Source: Candidatus Woesearchaeota archaeon (GTDB lineage Archaea; Nanobdellota; Nanobdellia; Pacearchaeales; GW2011-AR1). Taken from it: a DNA stretch of 64,000 bases. Location of the stretch: contig CAZETU010000003.1 of the NCBI GenBank assembly GCA_964514585.1, positions 64,001 to 128,000 of the forward strand, read 5' to 3'. Numbering within the stretch: the first letter of the stretch is position 1; the number at the start of each line of letters is the position of its first letter. A program made the position numbers and the translations under genes. Under the pieces are notes generated by a model, which saw nothing but the letters and a program-made list of their open reading frames with translations, was not told where the DNA came from and searched no databases. Shown one piece after another: positions 20,105-30,314 of the stretch.

Positions 20105-21535
20105 TTATAAGTGCTTGGCCATATCTTGCAAAATTTCATGTGCTGCCATAACTCTTTCTTCTGAAGTTTTTTGGCCTGTTATTGCTCTTCCTATAACTAA
20201 AATATCGGAGCCATCCTGAACTGCATTTCCTGGAGTAAAAACTCTTTTCTGGTCGGATCCTGCAGGAGTATTTGGTCCCTTTATCCCTGGAGTTACATAC
20301 ATAAAACCTTCAGGGAGTTTGCTTTTGATTTCGTGGAGATCGGCTGCTGAACAAACGACACCATCAAGACCTGCTTTTTGAGTTAATTGTGCTAACTTTA
20401 AAACCTGGTCGGGGAGGGGCCCTGGAACATTCAGTTGGTGATTTAATATCTCTCTGTCTATACTTGTTAGAACCGTTACTGCGGTGATCTTTGGAACTTT
20501 TGTCCCATATTTCAAGGCTCCGGCTTTTGCCCCATCAACTGCCGCTTGCATCATTTCCAATCCTCCAGATGCGTGAATATTAAACATGTAAATTCCAAGC
20601 TTACTTGCAGCATCCGCCGCGCCTTTTACAGTATTTGGAATATCATGGTATTTTAGATCTAAGAAAACATTTGCGCCATTGTTTTGGACTAGTTTTACGA
20701 CTTCGGGTCCAAATCTTGTGAATGTTTCTTTTCCTATCTTGAACAGGCCGACCACTTGGCTTAATTCAGCGACCCTTGCCTTCACTTCTTCTATTGTTTC
20801 GAGTCCGTCCAATGGTAAACAAACCATTTCCCTTGCAGCTTTTTCTTTTTCGGTTAATTCTATTTTTATTATTTTTGGAAAACCGTGTTTTTCTCCCCAG
20901 TTGAAAGGATCTCGTCTCCACTCTGCCAGCATCTCTGTTTGATTTTGATTAATGTATTCTTCTTGTTTGGCAGTTTTTAGTAGTGTGTCGTAATCTAGAA
21001 GAGATATTACTTCGCATGGTTCGTCAAGTTTTTCGAATGCGTTGTTGGCTTTGCCGAGCCCATAACTAAATATTGAGATACAATACTTGCAAACACCGTT
21101 GGCATCTCTTATGGCCTGGACCGCTCTTGCCGAACTGCCACCCGTAGAAATTAAGTCTTCAATTAATATTACTTCTTTTCCTTCTAGATCTGATTCTGCA
21201 TCAATTCCTTCTATCTGGTTTCTTAGTCCATGTCCTTTTGGTTTATCTCGTACATAGATTAGTGGCTTTTGTAGGGAATCGGCTAAGGTCGTTGCTGGTG
21301 GGATTCCTGAAGTGGATGTTCCGGCAATAATATCGAAGGAAATTCCTTCAGTCTTTAATAAATTCTCAAAAGCATTTAATATTAATTCTCGATATTTTGG
21401 ACTGGCAAGAAACATTCGGTTGTCATTATATATTGGCATTCGGTAGCCTGATGCCCATGTGAAGGGATTGTCCGGTCGTAATTTAATGGCGTGAATTTTT
21501 AATGCGGCTTTGGCAATCTCTTTTGAGTAATCCAT
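20105..21535 (-). CDS. pyrE-pyrF: Bifunctional orotate phosphoribosyltransferase / OMP decarboxylase
   Basis: FTWASGYRMPIYNDNR, LIEDLISTGGS; FLDLKYHDIPNTV, TPGI, LVIGRAIT. Confidence 0.92.
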   Translation of the reverse strand: MDYSKEIAKAALKIHAIKLRPDNPFTWASGYRMPIYNDNRMFLASPKYRELILNAFENLLKTEGISFDIIAGTSTSGIPPATTLADSLQKPLIYVRDKPKGHGLRNQIEGIDAESDLEGKEVILIEDLISTGGSSARAVQAIRDANGVCKYCISIFSYGLGKANNAFEKLDEPCEVISLLDYDTLLKTAKQEEYINQNQTEMLAEWRRDPFNWGEKHGFPKIIKIELTEKEKAAREMVCLPLDGLETIEEVKARVAELSQVVGLFKIGKETFTRFGPEVVKLVQNNGANVFLDLKYHDIPNTVKGAADAASKLGIYMFNIHASGGLEMMQAAVDGAKAGALKYGTKVPKITAVTVLTSIDREILNHQLNVPGPLPDQVLKLAQLTQKAGLDGVVCSAADLHEIKSKLPEGFMYVTPGIKGPNTPAGSDQKRVFTPGNAVQDGSDILVIGRAITGQKTSEERVMAAHEILQDMAKHL

Positions 21536-21645
21536 AATGGAGTTTAGTGAGGGTGATATATAAATTTTGTCTAAAATTTTTTGCTACTTTGTATTGATGA
21601 AAATATTAAGCATAATTTTAAATAATATTTTGGCGGGAAGAGGAT

Positions 21646-24315
21646 ATGTTTATAGATTGTCATGTTCATTGTCGGGATTTTGAACAAAGTCATAAAGAAA
21701 CTGTTGCTCATGCACTTAGGGTTGCTGAAGATTCGGGTGTGAGTGCTATTTTTGATATGCCAAATACTAGTCCTGCCGTGACTACAAGAAAAGGGGTGCT
21801 TGAAAGATTTGCTCTTGCAAAGGCTGTAAATTCTCCTGTTTTTTATGGGCTTTATATTGGGCTCACTTCTAATCCTGATCAAATTAAGGAAGCTGTTGAT
21901 ACTTATCGAGAATTTTTCCCTAAGACTTCTGATGCTAATATGGGAGTGATTGGTTTGAAAATGTTTGCAGGTAAATCGGTGGGGGATTTGACCATTGGTG
22001 AGCCTAGCGCTCAGTTGGAGGTTTACAAACAATTGGTTAAGAATAATTTTTCTGGTGTTTTGGTAGTTCATTGTGAAAAAGAATCTGAAATGAAACCGGA
22101 GCTATGGGACTCTCTTAATTCTGAAACTCATGGTGATGCGAGACCCGAAGAGGCAGAACTGGCTTCTGTTAAGGATCAGATAAATTTTGCGTTACAAACT
22201 GGATATGCTAATTTGAATACTGTGGGGAAATTGCACATTGCTCATGTTTCTGTTCCGCGGACCGTTGATATTATAGATTTTTTTAGGAATTCTTTGAATA
22301 TTTCTTGTGGTGCTACTCCGCATCATTTGTTGTTGAATGACGAAATAATGAAATCTAAAGAGGGTATATTTTACAAGGTGAATCCTCCTTTGAGAAAAAA
22401 GAGTAGTCAAAGGATTTTGTTAGAGAAGTTTAAGCAGGGGAAGATTGATGTGTTGGAGACAGATCATGCTCCTCATACGAGAGAAGAAAAACTTCGGGGG
22501 TATATGTCTGGTATACCTGAGCTTGCGTCTTGGCCTATTTTTACGAATATATTGAAAAAGGAAGGGGTTGGGAACGTTCTTTTGAAAAGGGTTGCCTTTG
22601 AAAATGTGAATAAGATTTTTGGAACTCAAATTGGAAAATTGAATTTTGGAATCAAGTCGCATGTTGATGAATATGTGTTTAATCCTTATGAAAAATTTGA
22701 CATGAAGTTGGAAAAAATAAAACTGGGGAATAAGGAGGTTATGCCTTTTACAATTCCTTCGGGGATTATTACAACTCAAGTTTCTTGTTTGGTAAAATTA
22801 GCTAGGGAAATTCCGGAGCTTGGAATATTAACGACAAAGAGTATTGGGCCCGAACCAAAGCCTGGAAATCGTGAGCCTATTTTGTCTCAACATATTGATG
22901 GCGGATTTATTAATGCAGTGGGGTTGACAAATCCAGGGGTTAAGAAGTTTGCGAAGGAATTATCTGAGGCAGATTTTCCAAAAGATAAATTTTTACTTGC
23001 ATCTATTTTTGGGGGGAATGTGGATGAATTTGTCGAGGTTGCTCAGACTTTGGAAGATTATGTTGACGGCTTCGAATTGAATCTTTCTTGTCCTCATGCT
23101 AAGGGGTATGGGATGCAACTCGGGCAAGATCCAAAAATTGTTAATGAGATTGTTAGTGGGGTTGTTAGAATAACGGATAAACCGGTTTTTGCGAAGCTGA
23201 CCCCTAATGCTGGGAATATTGGAGAGATTGCTAAGTCTGCTGTTGATGCTGGGGCTTATGGGATAGTTGCAATTAATACTGTCGGGCCGGGATGTCATAT
23301 GGCTCATAGAAATCCTGTCTTGACAAATAAGGTAGGGGGGCTTTCTGGTGCAGGTATCGCTCCGATTGGGGTTAAATGTGTTCGTGAGATTCGACAAGCA
23401 ATTGGCGAGGGTGTTCCAATTCTTGGGATGGGGGGAATTGGTTCTCCTAAGGAAGTTGAAGCCTATCAAGATGCTGGAGCAAATATGTTTGGAATTGGAA
23501 GTGCGCTTGCTGGGATGACTGATAATAATTTGAAAGATTATTTTGCGGCGATTGTAGATGATGTAAGAAATAAAACAAACTACTCTAAAGGATTTTTGCG
23601 GAAAATAGATATGGATTATCAAGAGGCGAAGGTTATGAGTGTTGAAGGGTCGGGGAATTTTAAAGTCTTTAGGGCGGATAGATCGCTTAGATCGCGGCCG
23701 GGCGAATTTGTCTTTTTGTGGTTGCCGGGGATCGGGGAAAAGCCGTTCTCAGTTATGGATGATGATCCATTTACTGTAGGAATTTTAGAAGTGGGCGAGT
23801 TTACTAAAGAGTTTGGTAAATTAAAAGAGGGAGATAGTTTTTATTTTCGGGGACCTTATGGTGATGAGGCTTATGTTCCCGAGGGGTCTAATGTTGTTTT
23901 AGTCGGAGGAGGATGCGGCGTTGCGGGACTCTATCTTCTTGCAAAGAAATTTTCTAAGAGGGCGAGGGTTACAATATTGTTGGCAGCGAAGGATAAAGAT
24001 CGTCTTGCTTATTTGGAGGAGTTTGGAAATTGTGGGGAAATTAAGATAGCTACTGAAGATGGGAGTTTGGGTAGGATGGGATTGGTCACGGATTTAATAA
24101 AAGATTTTAAAATAGAGGAGGGGACTTACTTCTTTAATTGTGGGCCGAAAGGAATGATAAATGCTGTTTTGCCATTGGAACTTGAACTGACTGAGTCTAG
24201 AAGAATTTTTTCTTCGGTTGACTATATGACTCGATGTGGAGTTGGTATTTGTGGAAGTTGTGCAGATAAGAATGGTATTAGAACTTGTGTTGAAGGACCT
24301 TTTATGAATCCTTAG
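21646..24315 (+). CDS. pyrC-pyrD-pyrK: Triple fusion: dihydroorotase + dihydroorotate dehydrogenase (1B) + electron-transfer subunit
   Basis: DCHVHCRD, KVNPPLR, TDHAPH; ELNLSCPH, KLTPN, GGLSG; EKPFSV, RGPYG, CGVGICGSC...CVEGP, all in one open frame. Confidence 0.9.
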   Translation: MFIDCHVHCRDFEQSHKETVAHALRVAEDSGVSAIFDMPNTSPAVTTRKGVLERFALAKAVNSPVFYGLYIGLTSNPDQIKEAVDTYREFFPKTSDANMGVIGLKMFAGKSVGDLTIGEPSAQLEVYKQLVKNNFSGVLVVHCEKESEMKPELWDSLNSETHGDARPEEAELASVKDQINFALQTGYANLNTVGKLHIAHVSVPRTVDIIDFFRNSLNISCGATPHHLLLNDEIMKSKEGIFYKVNPPLRKKSSQRILLEKFKQGKIDVLETDHAPHTREEKLRGYMSGIPELASWPIFTNILKKEGVGNVLLKRVAFENVNKIFGTQIGKLNFGIKSHVDEYVFNPYEKFDMKLEKIKLGNKEVMPFTIPSGIITTQVSCLVKLAREIPELGILTTKSIGPEPKPGNREPILSQHIDGGFINAVGLTNPGVKKFAKELSEADFPKDKFLLASIFGGNVDEFVEVAQTLEDYVDGFELNLSCPHAKGYGMQLGQDPKIVNEIVSGVVRITDKPVFAKLTPNAGNIGEIAKSAVDAGAYGIVAINTVGPGCHMAHRNPVLTNKVGGLSGAGIAPIGVKCVREIRQAIGEGVPILGMGGIGSPKEVEAYQDAGANMFGIGSALAGMTDNNLKDYFAAIVDDVRNKTNYSKGFLRKIDMDYQEAKVMSVEGSGNFKVFRADRSLRSRPGEFVFLWLPGIGEKPFSVMDDDPFTVGILEVGEFTKEFGKLKEGDSFYFRGPYGDEAYVPEGSNVVLVGGGCGVAGLYLLAKKFSKRARVTILLAAKDKDRLAYLEEFGNCGEIKIATEDGSLGRMGLVTDLIKDFKIEEGTYFFNCGPKGMINAVLPLELELTESRRIFSSVDYMTRCGVGICGSCADKNGIRTCVEGPFMNP

Positions 24316-24316
24316 G

Positions 24317-24440
24317 ACGCCCCAACCGGAGTCGAGACCTTTTTGGCATCTCTTAGGGACTGCGTTTAAATATCGAATATTTTTATTTATTGTTGAATTA
24401 GTGACGCTGTTGAACTTTTTAAGTATTGTCGAGGTTGAGT
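24317..24440 (+). repeat. Core-plus-arm element type I, copy 1 (core ACGCCCCAACCG at 24317-24328)
   Basis: Starts 1 bp after the pyrCDK stop; 24402-24440 matches 33075-33113 at 37/39 nt. Confidence 0.8.
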
Positions 24441-24482
24441 GGACCGACAAGATTTATATATATTGAAGATTATCAATATGTT

Positions 24483-24941
24483 ATGAAACATAAATATATG
24501 ATTGGGGGCGTGGGAATTATAATATTACTACTTATTGTTTTTACAGTGCCCAAATATTTTGCGACGGCTGAGACCATTAATGGGAAGGTTGTCTTTGGAG
24601 AGATTAAAAAAGTTGAAATATACCATTTTCATGCGAATAGACAATGTTATTCATGTAAGACTATTGGAGAATACGCAAAAGAAACAGTAAATATTCACTT
24701 CAAAGAAGAACTTGATTCTAAAATAATAATTTTTGATTCAATAAATATAGATCTCCCGGAGAATAAAGAACTTGCAAGCAAATACGAAGCAAAGGGTTCT
24801 TCGTTGATTATTGGAACCTATTACAAGGATGGGAGCTTTTCAAAAGAAGAGGATACAGCAGTGTGGTACAAAATTGATAATAAAGAAAACTTTGTCTCTT
24901 ATCTGAAGGGAGTAATTGAAACAAAGTTTGTTGAGGCATAA
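24483..24941 (+). CDS. ArsF-like thioredoxin-fold exported protein
   Basis: N-terminal TM; YHFHANRQCYSC motif; the ORF-track start 24426 lies in the repeat/promoter region. Confidence 0.65.
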   Translation: MKHKYMIGGVGIIILLLIVFTVPKYFATAETINGKVVFGEIKKVEIYHFHANRQCYSCKTIGEYAKETVNIHFKEELDSKIIIFDSINIDLPENKELASKYEAKGSSLIIGTYYKDGSFSKEEDTAVWYKIDNKENFVSYLKGVIETKFVEA

Positions 24942-25653
24942 AATGAGCTTGATGGCTTTCATGGGGTCCATGTCTGGAAGTAGTTTTCCATTAATTGCCG
25001 CATTTTTTATTGGGTTAATGACGGCTATAAGTCCTTGCCCCTTGGCGTCCAATATAACAGCTATAGCATATATTTCTAAAAAGATAGATAATGGGAAAAA
25101 GACATTAATCACCGGATTCATATATACCCTTGGAAGAATGTTTACATACGTTCTTTTGGCAGGTTTAATTGTTTATATTGGCGTTAATGTAACATTAATC
25201 TCTTTATTTTTACAAAAGTATGGAGAAAGAATTCTAGGTCCCGCGTTAATTTTTATCGGCCTAATAATGTTGAACATAATTAAATTACCAACCTTCAAAA
25301 CAAGTGACAAAATTAATAAAATAAAGGAGAATCTTTCAGAAAAAGGATATCTTGGTGGTTTTTTACTAGGTGTCTTCTTTGCTCTTGCCTTTTGTCCTTT
25401 TAGCGCAGTTCTGTTTTTTGGCATGTTAATACCTCTTGCAATTAACTACTCTGACGCTTTCTTAATTCCATCAATCTTTTCCATAGCAACCGGTCTCCCA
25501 GTAATTATTTTTTCTTTCATACTAACATTTAGTGTTTCAAAGGTAGGGAAAGTTATGAACAAAGTTCAAGTATTTGAGAAAGGAATGAGGTATGTTGTTG
25601 CAATATTATTTGTAATTATTGGAGGATATTATGTTATCAATGTTTGGTTATAG
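24916..25653 (+). CDS. ArsG/CcdA-like multi-pass membrane protein (likely start 24943)
   Basis: GLMTAISPCPLASNITA, ALAFCPFSAVLFFG. Confidence 0.75.
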   Translation: MKQSLLRHKMSLMAFMGSMSGSSFPLIAAFFIGLMTAISPCPLASNITAIAYISKKIDNGKKTLITGFIYTLGRMFTYVLLAGLIVYIGVNVTLISLFLQKYGERILGPALIFIGLIMLNIIKLPTFKTSDKINKIKENLSEKGYLGGFLLGVFFALAFCPFSAVLFFGMLIPLAINYSDAFLIPSIFSIATGLPVIIFSFILTFSVSKVGKVMNKVQVFEKGMRYVVAILFVIIGGYYVINVWL

Positions 25654-25674
25654 TTAAATTAGGAGAGAAACAAA

Positions 25675-25905
25675 ATGGAGATAAAAATACTTGGAACTGG
25701 ATGCCCAAATTGTGTTACTTTAGAAAAAAATGCAAAAACAGCATTGAAAGAACTTGGAATTGACGCAAGACTAAAGAAAGTGACCGACATAGTGAAGATT
25801 ATGGAATACGGAGTTATGTCTACACCGGCAATTGTTGTTGATGAAGAGGTTAAGGCTTATGGAAAAGTCTGCACCGTTGATGAAATAAAGAAATTGCTGA
25901 GTTAA
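25675..25905 (+). CDS. Small redox-active disulfide protein (MTH895/thioredoxin family)
   Basis: IKILGTGCPNC, YGVMSTPAIVVD. Confidence 0.88.
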   Translation: MEIKILGTGCPNCVTLEKNAKTALKELGIDARLKKVTDIVKIMEYGVMSTPAIVVDEEVKAYGKVCTVDEIKKLLS

Positions 25906-25987
25906 GATGAGCGATTTTTTTATCTATTTCAATTTTTATTAAATGAAAGAGAAAGAGTTTTGTTTAATGTGGAAGTGAGTAATAGGA

Positions 25988-26521
25988 TTATTCTAGTTCT
26001 TTTTTGATCATCTTATGGGCTGCGTTAATTTTTTGGAACATTTTGTGGTCTCCGCCCATGTCAGGGTGATGTTTTTTAGCTAGAGATTTATAATTCTTGG
26101 AAATTAATTCTAAGTCTGTTTCGTCTTCGTCAACACCTAGATTCTTTCTTGCTTCAGCTAGTTTTTCATCTATTTTATCGTCACTAGAAAATTCTCTTTG
26201 AAATTGGTCCAGTGTGATTTCTTTTTCGAATAATTGGTTTATGTAAATTTCTAGGATTTTGTCGATTACGTAAAGGTTGTCAATAAATCTTGGCATTTGA
26301 GAGTAGGCATACTTTAGGTTTCGACCTTCGAACCAGAATGATACAGAGGCTTTTGCTTTCTTTTGGGCCATTTTTTCCATAGGGATATTTGCGTCATCAC
26401 GCTCTATGTTTAGCTGCTTTAGTGTTGTAAAAATGTTATTTTGAACCTTAACGGCACGTCGATCAAATGAGTCCTTAAAGACTGGTTCTTCTAATTCGTA
26501 TCCTTTTACCTTTAACATCAT
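25988..26521 (-). CDS. Protein with a C-terminal J domain
   Basis: YKSLAKKHHPDMGGD...KINAAH; divergent from grpE. Confidence 0.8.
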   Translation of the reverse strand: MMLKVKGYELEEPVFKDSFDRRAVKVQNNIFTTLKQLNIERDDANIPMEKMAQKKAKASVSFWFEGRNLKYAYSQMPRFIDNLYVIDKILEIYINQLFEKEITLDQFQREFSSDDKIDEKLAEARKNLGVDEDETDLELISKNYKSLAKKHHPDMGGDHKMFQKINAAHKMIKKELE

Positions 26522-26601
26522 AATATGTCAAAAATTCGGTTTATAAGTTTAAGCTATTGGGGAGTAGCAACTTTTATAAGGGAACTTTTAGAAATTTATA
26601 T

Positions 26602-27132
26602 ATGGATAAGAAGAAGAAAACTGAAAAGATGAAAACGGCTAAGGAATTTGTAGAGGAAACTATGGAAACTGTTAAATATCATAAGGTAGTTGAAGATGTT
26701 CCGGAAGTTGTTGGGGCTATAGTGGAGCCAAAGGTTGAGGTTAATTATATGGAGAAGTTTTTGAGGTTGCAGGCTGAGTTTGCTAATTATGAGAAGAGGA
26801 CTGATAAAGAGAAGAGTGAAATTTATAGTAATGCTAATGCGGATTTGATTTTGCAGTTATTGGAAGTTTTGGATAATTTTGATTTGGCTTTGAAACATAA
26901 TGAAGATTCTGGAGTGGCTATGATTCATGAGGATTTGTTTAGAGTTTTGGAGAAGCAAGGATTGATGGTGATTAAGACTGAAGGCAAGTTTTGTCCTCAA
27001 TTTCATGAGGCGATAGTGCAAGAAGAGAGTGAAGAAGACGGGGTTATTTTAGAGGAATTTCAGAAGGGATATTTATTGAATGGTAAACTTTTACGGGCCT
27101 CTAAGGTTAAGATTAGTACTTCTAGAAAGTAG
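26602..27132 (+). CDS. grpE: Nucleotide exchange factor GrpE
   Basis: LRLQAEFANYEKR, LLEVLDNF, FCPQFHEA, QKGYLLNGKLLRASKV. Confidence 0.92.
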   Translation: MDKKKKTEKMKTAKEFVEETMETVKYHKVVEDVPEVVGAIVEPKVEVNYMEKFLRLQAEFANYEKRTDKEKSEIYSNANADLILQLLEVLDNFDLALKHNEDSGVAMIHEDLFRVLEKQGLMVIKTEGKFCPQFHEAIVQEESEEDGVILEEFQKGYLLNGKLLRASKVKISTSRK

Positions 27133-27167
27133 GTGTTAACGGTGAACCGAAATGTTTAAAAAACAAA

Positions 27168-27187
27168 GTATACACAAGTTTGTATAC
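27168..27187. promoter_or_regulatory. 7-bp inverted repeat GTATACA-N6-TGTATAC between a BRE/TATA-like element (about 27147-27162) and the dnaK start
   Basis: Seen directly; operator role inferred. Confidence 0.4.
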
Positions 27188-27204
27188 ACGGAGATTAAAA
27201 TAAT

Positions 27205-29076
27205 ATGGCAAAAATTATAGGAATTGATTTAGGGACGACATTTTCAGCGGTAAGTGTGCTTGAAGCTGGAAAGCCGAAGATTATACCAAATACTGAAGGG
27301 AATAATACTACTCCTAGTGTTGTATCTATTAATGGCGATGAAGTTTTAGTTGGTGAAGTTGCAAGGCGAGGAGCTGTTGCTAGTCCTAAGAATACTATTC
27401 GAAGTATTAAGAGAATTATGGGAACTAAGAAAATGACAAAGATTGATGATAAGGAATATTCTCCTGAGCAGGTTTCTGCAATGATTTTGACGAAGTTAAA
27501 GAAAGATGCTGAGGCTTATTTGGGTCATGAAGTAACTGATGCTGTAATTACTGTTCCGGCTTATTTTGGGGATGCTCAGAGAAATGCGACTAAGGATGCG
27601 GGTAAGATTGCTGGTCTTAATGTAAAGAGAATTATTAACGAACCAACAGCTGCGGCACTTGCTTATGGTTTGGAAAAAGATGATGATCATACAATTTTAG
27701 TTTTTGATTTTGGTGGTGGAACTTTTGATGTTTCAATTCTAGAGATTGGTGGTGGAGTTTTTGAAGTTAAGTCTACTGCTGGAAACAATGTCTTAGGGGG
27801 CGATGATATTGATGATTTGATAATTGATTATTTAGTTGTGGAATTCAAGAAGGATAATGGAATTGATTTGAAAGAAGATTTGGTTGCACTGCAGAGGCTT
27901 AAGGAAGCTGCAGAAAAGGCTAAGATTGAACTTAGTTCAGCTACGAGTACGAAGATTACTATCCCATATATTACTTCAGATGATAAAGGTCCAAAGCATT
28001 TAGATGTTAATTTGACTCGAGCTAACTTTGAAAATATTTGTTCAGATTTTTTTGATAAGTTGAAGGGTCCAACACAGCAAGCAATTAAGGATGCTAAGTC
28101 TCCTAAGATTGATAAGGTTATTTTAGTTGGTGGAAGTACACGGATTCCTAAGGTTCAAGAAATTGTTAAAGATATTACTGGAATGGATTCTGATAAGTCT
28201 GTAAATCCTGATGAGGCTATTTCTTTAGGGGCTGCAATCCAGGGTGGAATTATTGGTGGAGACGTTAAGGATGTTTTGCTTCTTGATGTTACATCTTTGA
28301 CTCTTGGAATTGAGACTCAAGGTGGACTAAGAGTTGCTTTGATTGATAGGAATACTACTATTCCAACCAAGAAGGCGGAAGTTTTCTCTACAGCTGCTGA
28401 TAATCAGGATGCGGTAACAATTAATGTTTTACAAGGGGAAAGAGAAATGGCGAATGATAATAAGTCTCTTGGTAAGTTTGATTTGGTGGGGATTATTCCT
28501 GCACCACGAGGAGTTCCTCAGATTGAAGTTACTTTTGATATTGATACTAACGGAATTGTAAATGTTTCTGCAAAGGATTTGGGAACTGGTAAAGAACAGA
28601 AGATTACAGTTACTGGTGGATCTTTGAGTGATGAAGAGATTGCGGATATGGTTAAGAATGCTGAGAAGTTTAAAGAAGAAGATGAGAAAAAGAAAGAAAA
28701 GATTATGATTGTAAATGAATCTGAGTCCTTGATTTATTCTACTGAGAAATTATTGAAAGAGCATAAAGATAAGGTTGACAAGGAAACAATTGGTAAGATT
28801 CAGGCTGGGCTTGATGAGTTAAAGGAAACTTTGAAGAGCGAGGATACTGAGAAGATTAAGGCAAAGCTTGAGGAAGTTAAGACTGTTGCTCAGGAACTTG
28901 GTGTTAAGATTTACGAGCAGGCGGCTGCGGCGCAAGGTGGAGCTGAGGCTGAGGGTGATTCTAATATTGTTGATGCTGAAGTGGTTGAAGAGTCTGAGAA
29001 AAAGAAAGAAGATGAGAAGAAAAAAGAGGAAAAGAATGAAAATGATTCTTCGGAAGATGAAAGACAAAAAGAATAA
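27205..29076 (+). CDS. dnaK: Chaperone DnaK
   Basis: [38 protein letters not shown]. Confidence 0.98.
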   Translation: MAKIIGIDLGTTFSAVSVLEAGKPKIIPNTEGNNTTPSVVSINGDEVLVGEVARRGAVASPKNTIRSIKRIMGTKKMTKIDDKEYSPEQVSAMILTKLKKDAEAYLGHEVTDAVITVPAYFGDAQRNATKDAGKIAGLNVKRIINEPTAAALAYGLEKDDDHTILVFDFGGGTFDVSILEIGGGVFEVKSTAGNNVLGGDDIDDLIIDYLVVEFKKDNGIDLKEDLVALQRLKEAAEKAKIELSSATSTKITIPYITSDDKGPKHLDVNLTRANFENICSDFFDKLKGPTQQAIKDAKSPKIDKVILVGGSTRIPKVQEIVKDITGMDSDKSVNPDEAISLGAAIQGGIIGGDVKDVLLLDVTSLTLGIETQGGLRVALIDRNTTIPTKKAEVFSTAADNQDAVTINVLQGEREMANDNKSLGKFDLVGIIPAPRGVPQIEVTFDIDTNGIVNVSAKDLGTGKEQKITVTGGSLSDEEIADMVKNAEKFKEEDEKKKEKIMIVNESESLIYSTEKLLKEHKDKVDKETIGKIQAGLDELKETLKSEDTEKIKAKLEEVKTVAQELGVKIYEQAAAAQGGAEAEGDSNIVDAEVVEESEKKKEDEKKKEEKNENDSSEDERQKE

Positions 29077-29120
29077 TTTTGTTGCGACGAATTTAAAAGA
29101 CTAAATGATATTTATCCATT

Positions 29121-30158
29121 ATGGCAAATAAAGATTACTACAAGATATTGGAAGTGAATAAAACTGATTCTATAGATGTTATTAAAAAAAGTTATAAGAA
29201 ATTGGCCTTGAAGTATCATCCTGATAAGGCTACAGACGATAAGAAGAAAGATGCCGAGGATAAGTTTAAGGAAATTAATGAGGCGTATTCTGTTTTAAGT
29301 GATGAGGGAAAAAAGAGGCAGTATGATGCGGGTGGTGGAGCTAGCCAATTTAGGCAGAGAGGTGGCGGACAGAGCTATGGTGGATTTGGGGATATTTTTG
29401 GGGATATTTTTGGTGGTGGAAGCTTTGGAGAAGAGGGTCCTGATTTAGATTTGCATTATAGATTGGTGATAGATTTTATGGAAGCTATTAATGGTGTTGA
29501 AAAAGAAATCTCTATTAAGAAAGAGATTCCGTGTAAGAAATGTGATGGGTCTGGTTCTAAGGATGGTAAGTTTGATATTTGTAAGAGATGTAATGGTAAT
29601 GGTAGAGTTGAGACGATTCAGCAGACTCCTTGGGGTGCAATGCGTCGAGTAGTTAAGTGTGATGAGTGTGAAGGTGAGGGAAGAATTGCCAAGAATAAAT
29701 GTTCTTATTGTAGTGGCAAGGGAATTGTGAGGAGTAGAGAGAAAGTTAAGATTAAGATTCCTGAGGGGATTGATAATGGGCAGACTATACGAGTTATGAA
29801 TGGTGGGAATGCTATGAAGGGTGTTGCTAATGGTGATTTGTTTTTGCAGATTCAGGTTAAGCCGCATAAAGTTTTCAAGCGGGATGGGATTGATGTTTAT
29901 ATGGATTTTTCAATAACGTTTGCGCAGGCTGCACTTGGTGATGAAATTTCTGTGCCTACATTAGATGAAGACGTTAAGATTAAGATTACTAAGGGAACTG
30001 AGTCTGGGAGTGTTTTGAGATTGAGAGATAAGGGTGTGCCAATTGTTAATAATCCTAGTTACAAGGGTGATTTGTTTGTTAATATTGTTGTAAAAACTCC
30101 TAAGAAGTTGAGTAGGGCTCAGGTGAAGTTGTTTAAAGAATTGAAGAAGTTGGACTGA
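29121..30158 (+). CDS. dnaJ: Chaperone DnaJ
   Basis: J domain HPD, G/F region, four CxxCxGxG repeats. Confidence 0.97.
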   Translation: MANKDYYKILEVNKTDSIDVIKKSYKKLALKYHPDKATDDKKKDAEDKFKEINEAYSVLSDEGKKRQYDAGGGASQFRQRGGGQSYGGFGDIFGDIFGGGSFGEEGPDLDLHYRLVIDFMEAINGVEKEISIKKEIPCKKCDGSGSKDGKFDICKRCNGNGRVETIQQTPWGAMRRVVKCDECEGEGRIAKNKCSYCSGKGIVRSREKVKIKIPEGIDNGQTIRVMNGGNAMKGVANGDLFLQIQVKPHKVFKRDGIDVYMDFSITFAQAALGDEISVPTLDEDVKIKITKGTESGSVLRLRDKGVPIVNNPSYKGDLFVNIVVKTPKKLSRAQVKLFKELKKLD

Positions 30159-30221
30159 GGGGGATAACGGTTTGCGGATTTCATAGATTTTGAAAAAGTA
30201 TTTTTATCTACTGTAAAATTT

Positions 30222-30251
30222 ATGCCCCAACCGATAGTAGTGGGGGAGTTT
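30222..30251 (+). repeat. Core variant ATGCCCCAACCG plus short type IV arm (ATAGTAGTGGGGGAGTTT)
   Basis: 15 nt shared with 39031-39045; 19 nt (30233-30251) identical to 19290-19308. Confidence 0.7.
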
Positions 30252-30314
30252 TTAAGAGCTGTTGGCTATTTGGACAAAGTAAACTATATAAACTAATTAG
30301 CCTAATTTAAAGAT

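Noticed and set aside
28990-29070. GAA/AAG-rich repeats at the dnaK 3' end
   Set aside because: Ordinary charged low-complexity C-terminal tail.
242-29867. Numerous antisense or nested ORFs in the track (e.g. 1047-1874, 11878-12363, 13525-14028, 21571-22071, 22993-23622, 29445-29867)
   Set aside because: Ile/Asn/Ser-rich shadows of G/T-biased genes on the opposite strand, fully inside well-supported CDSs.
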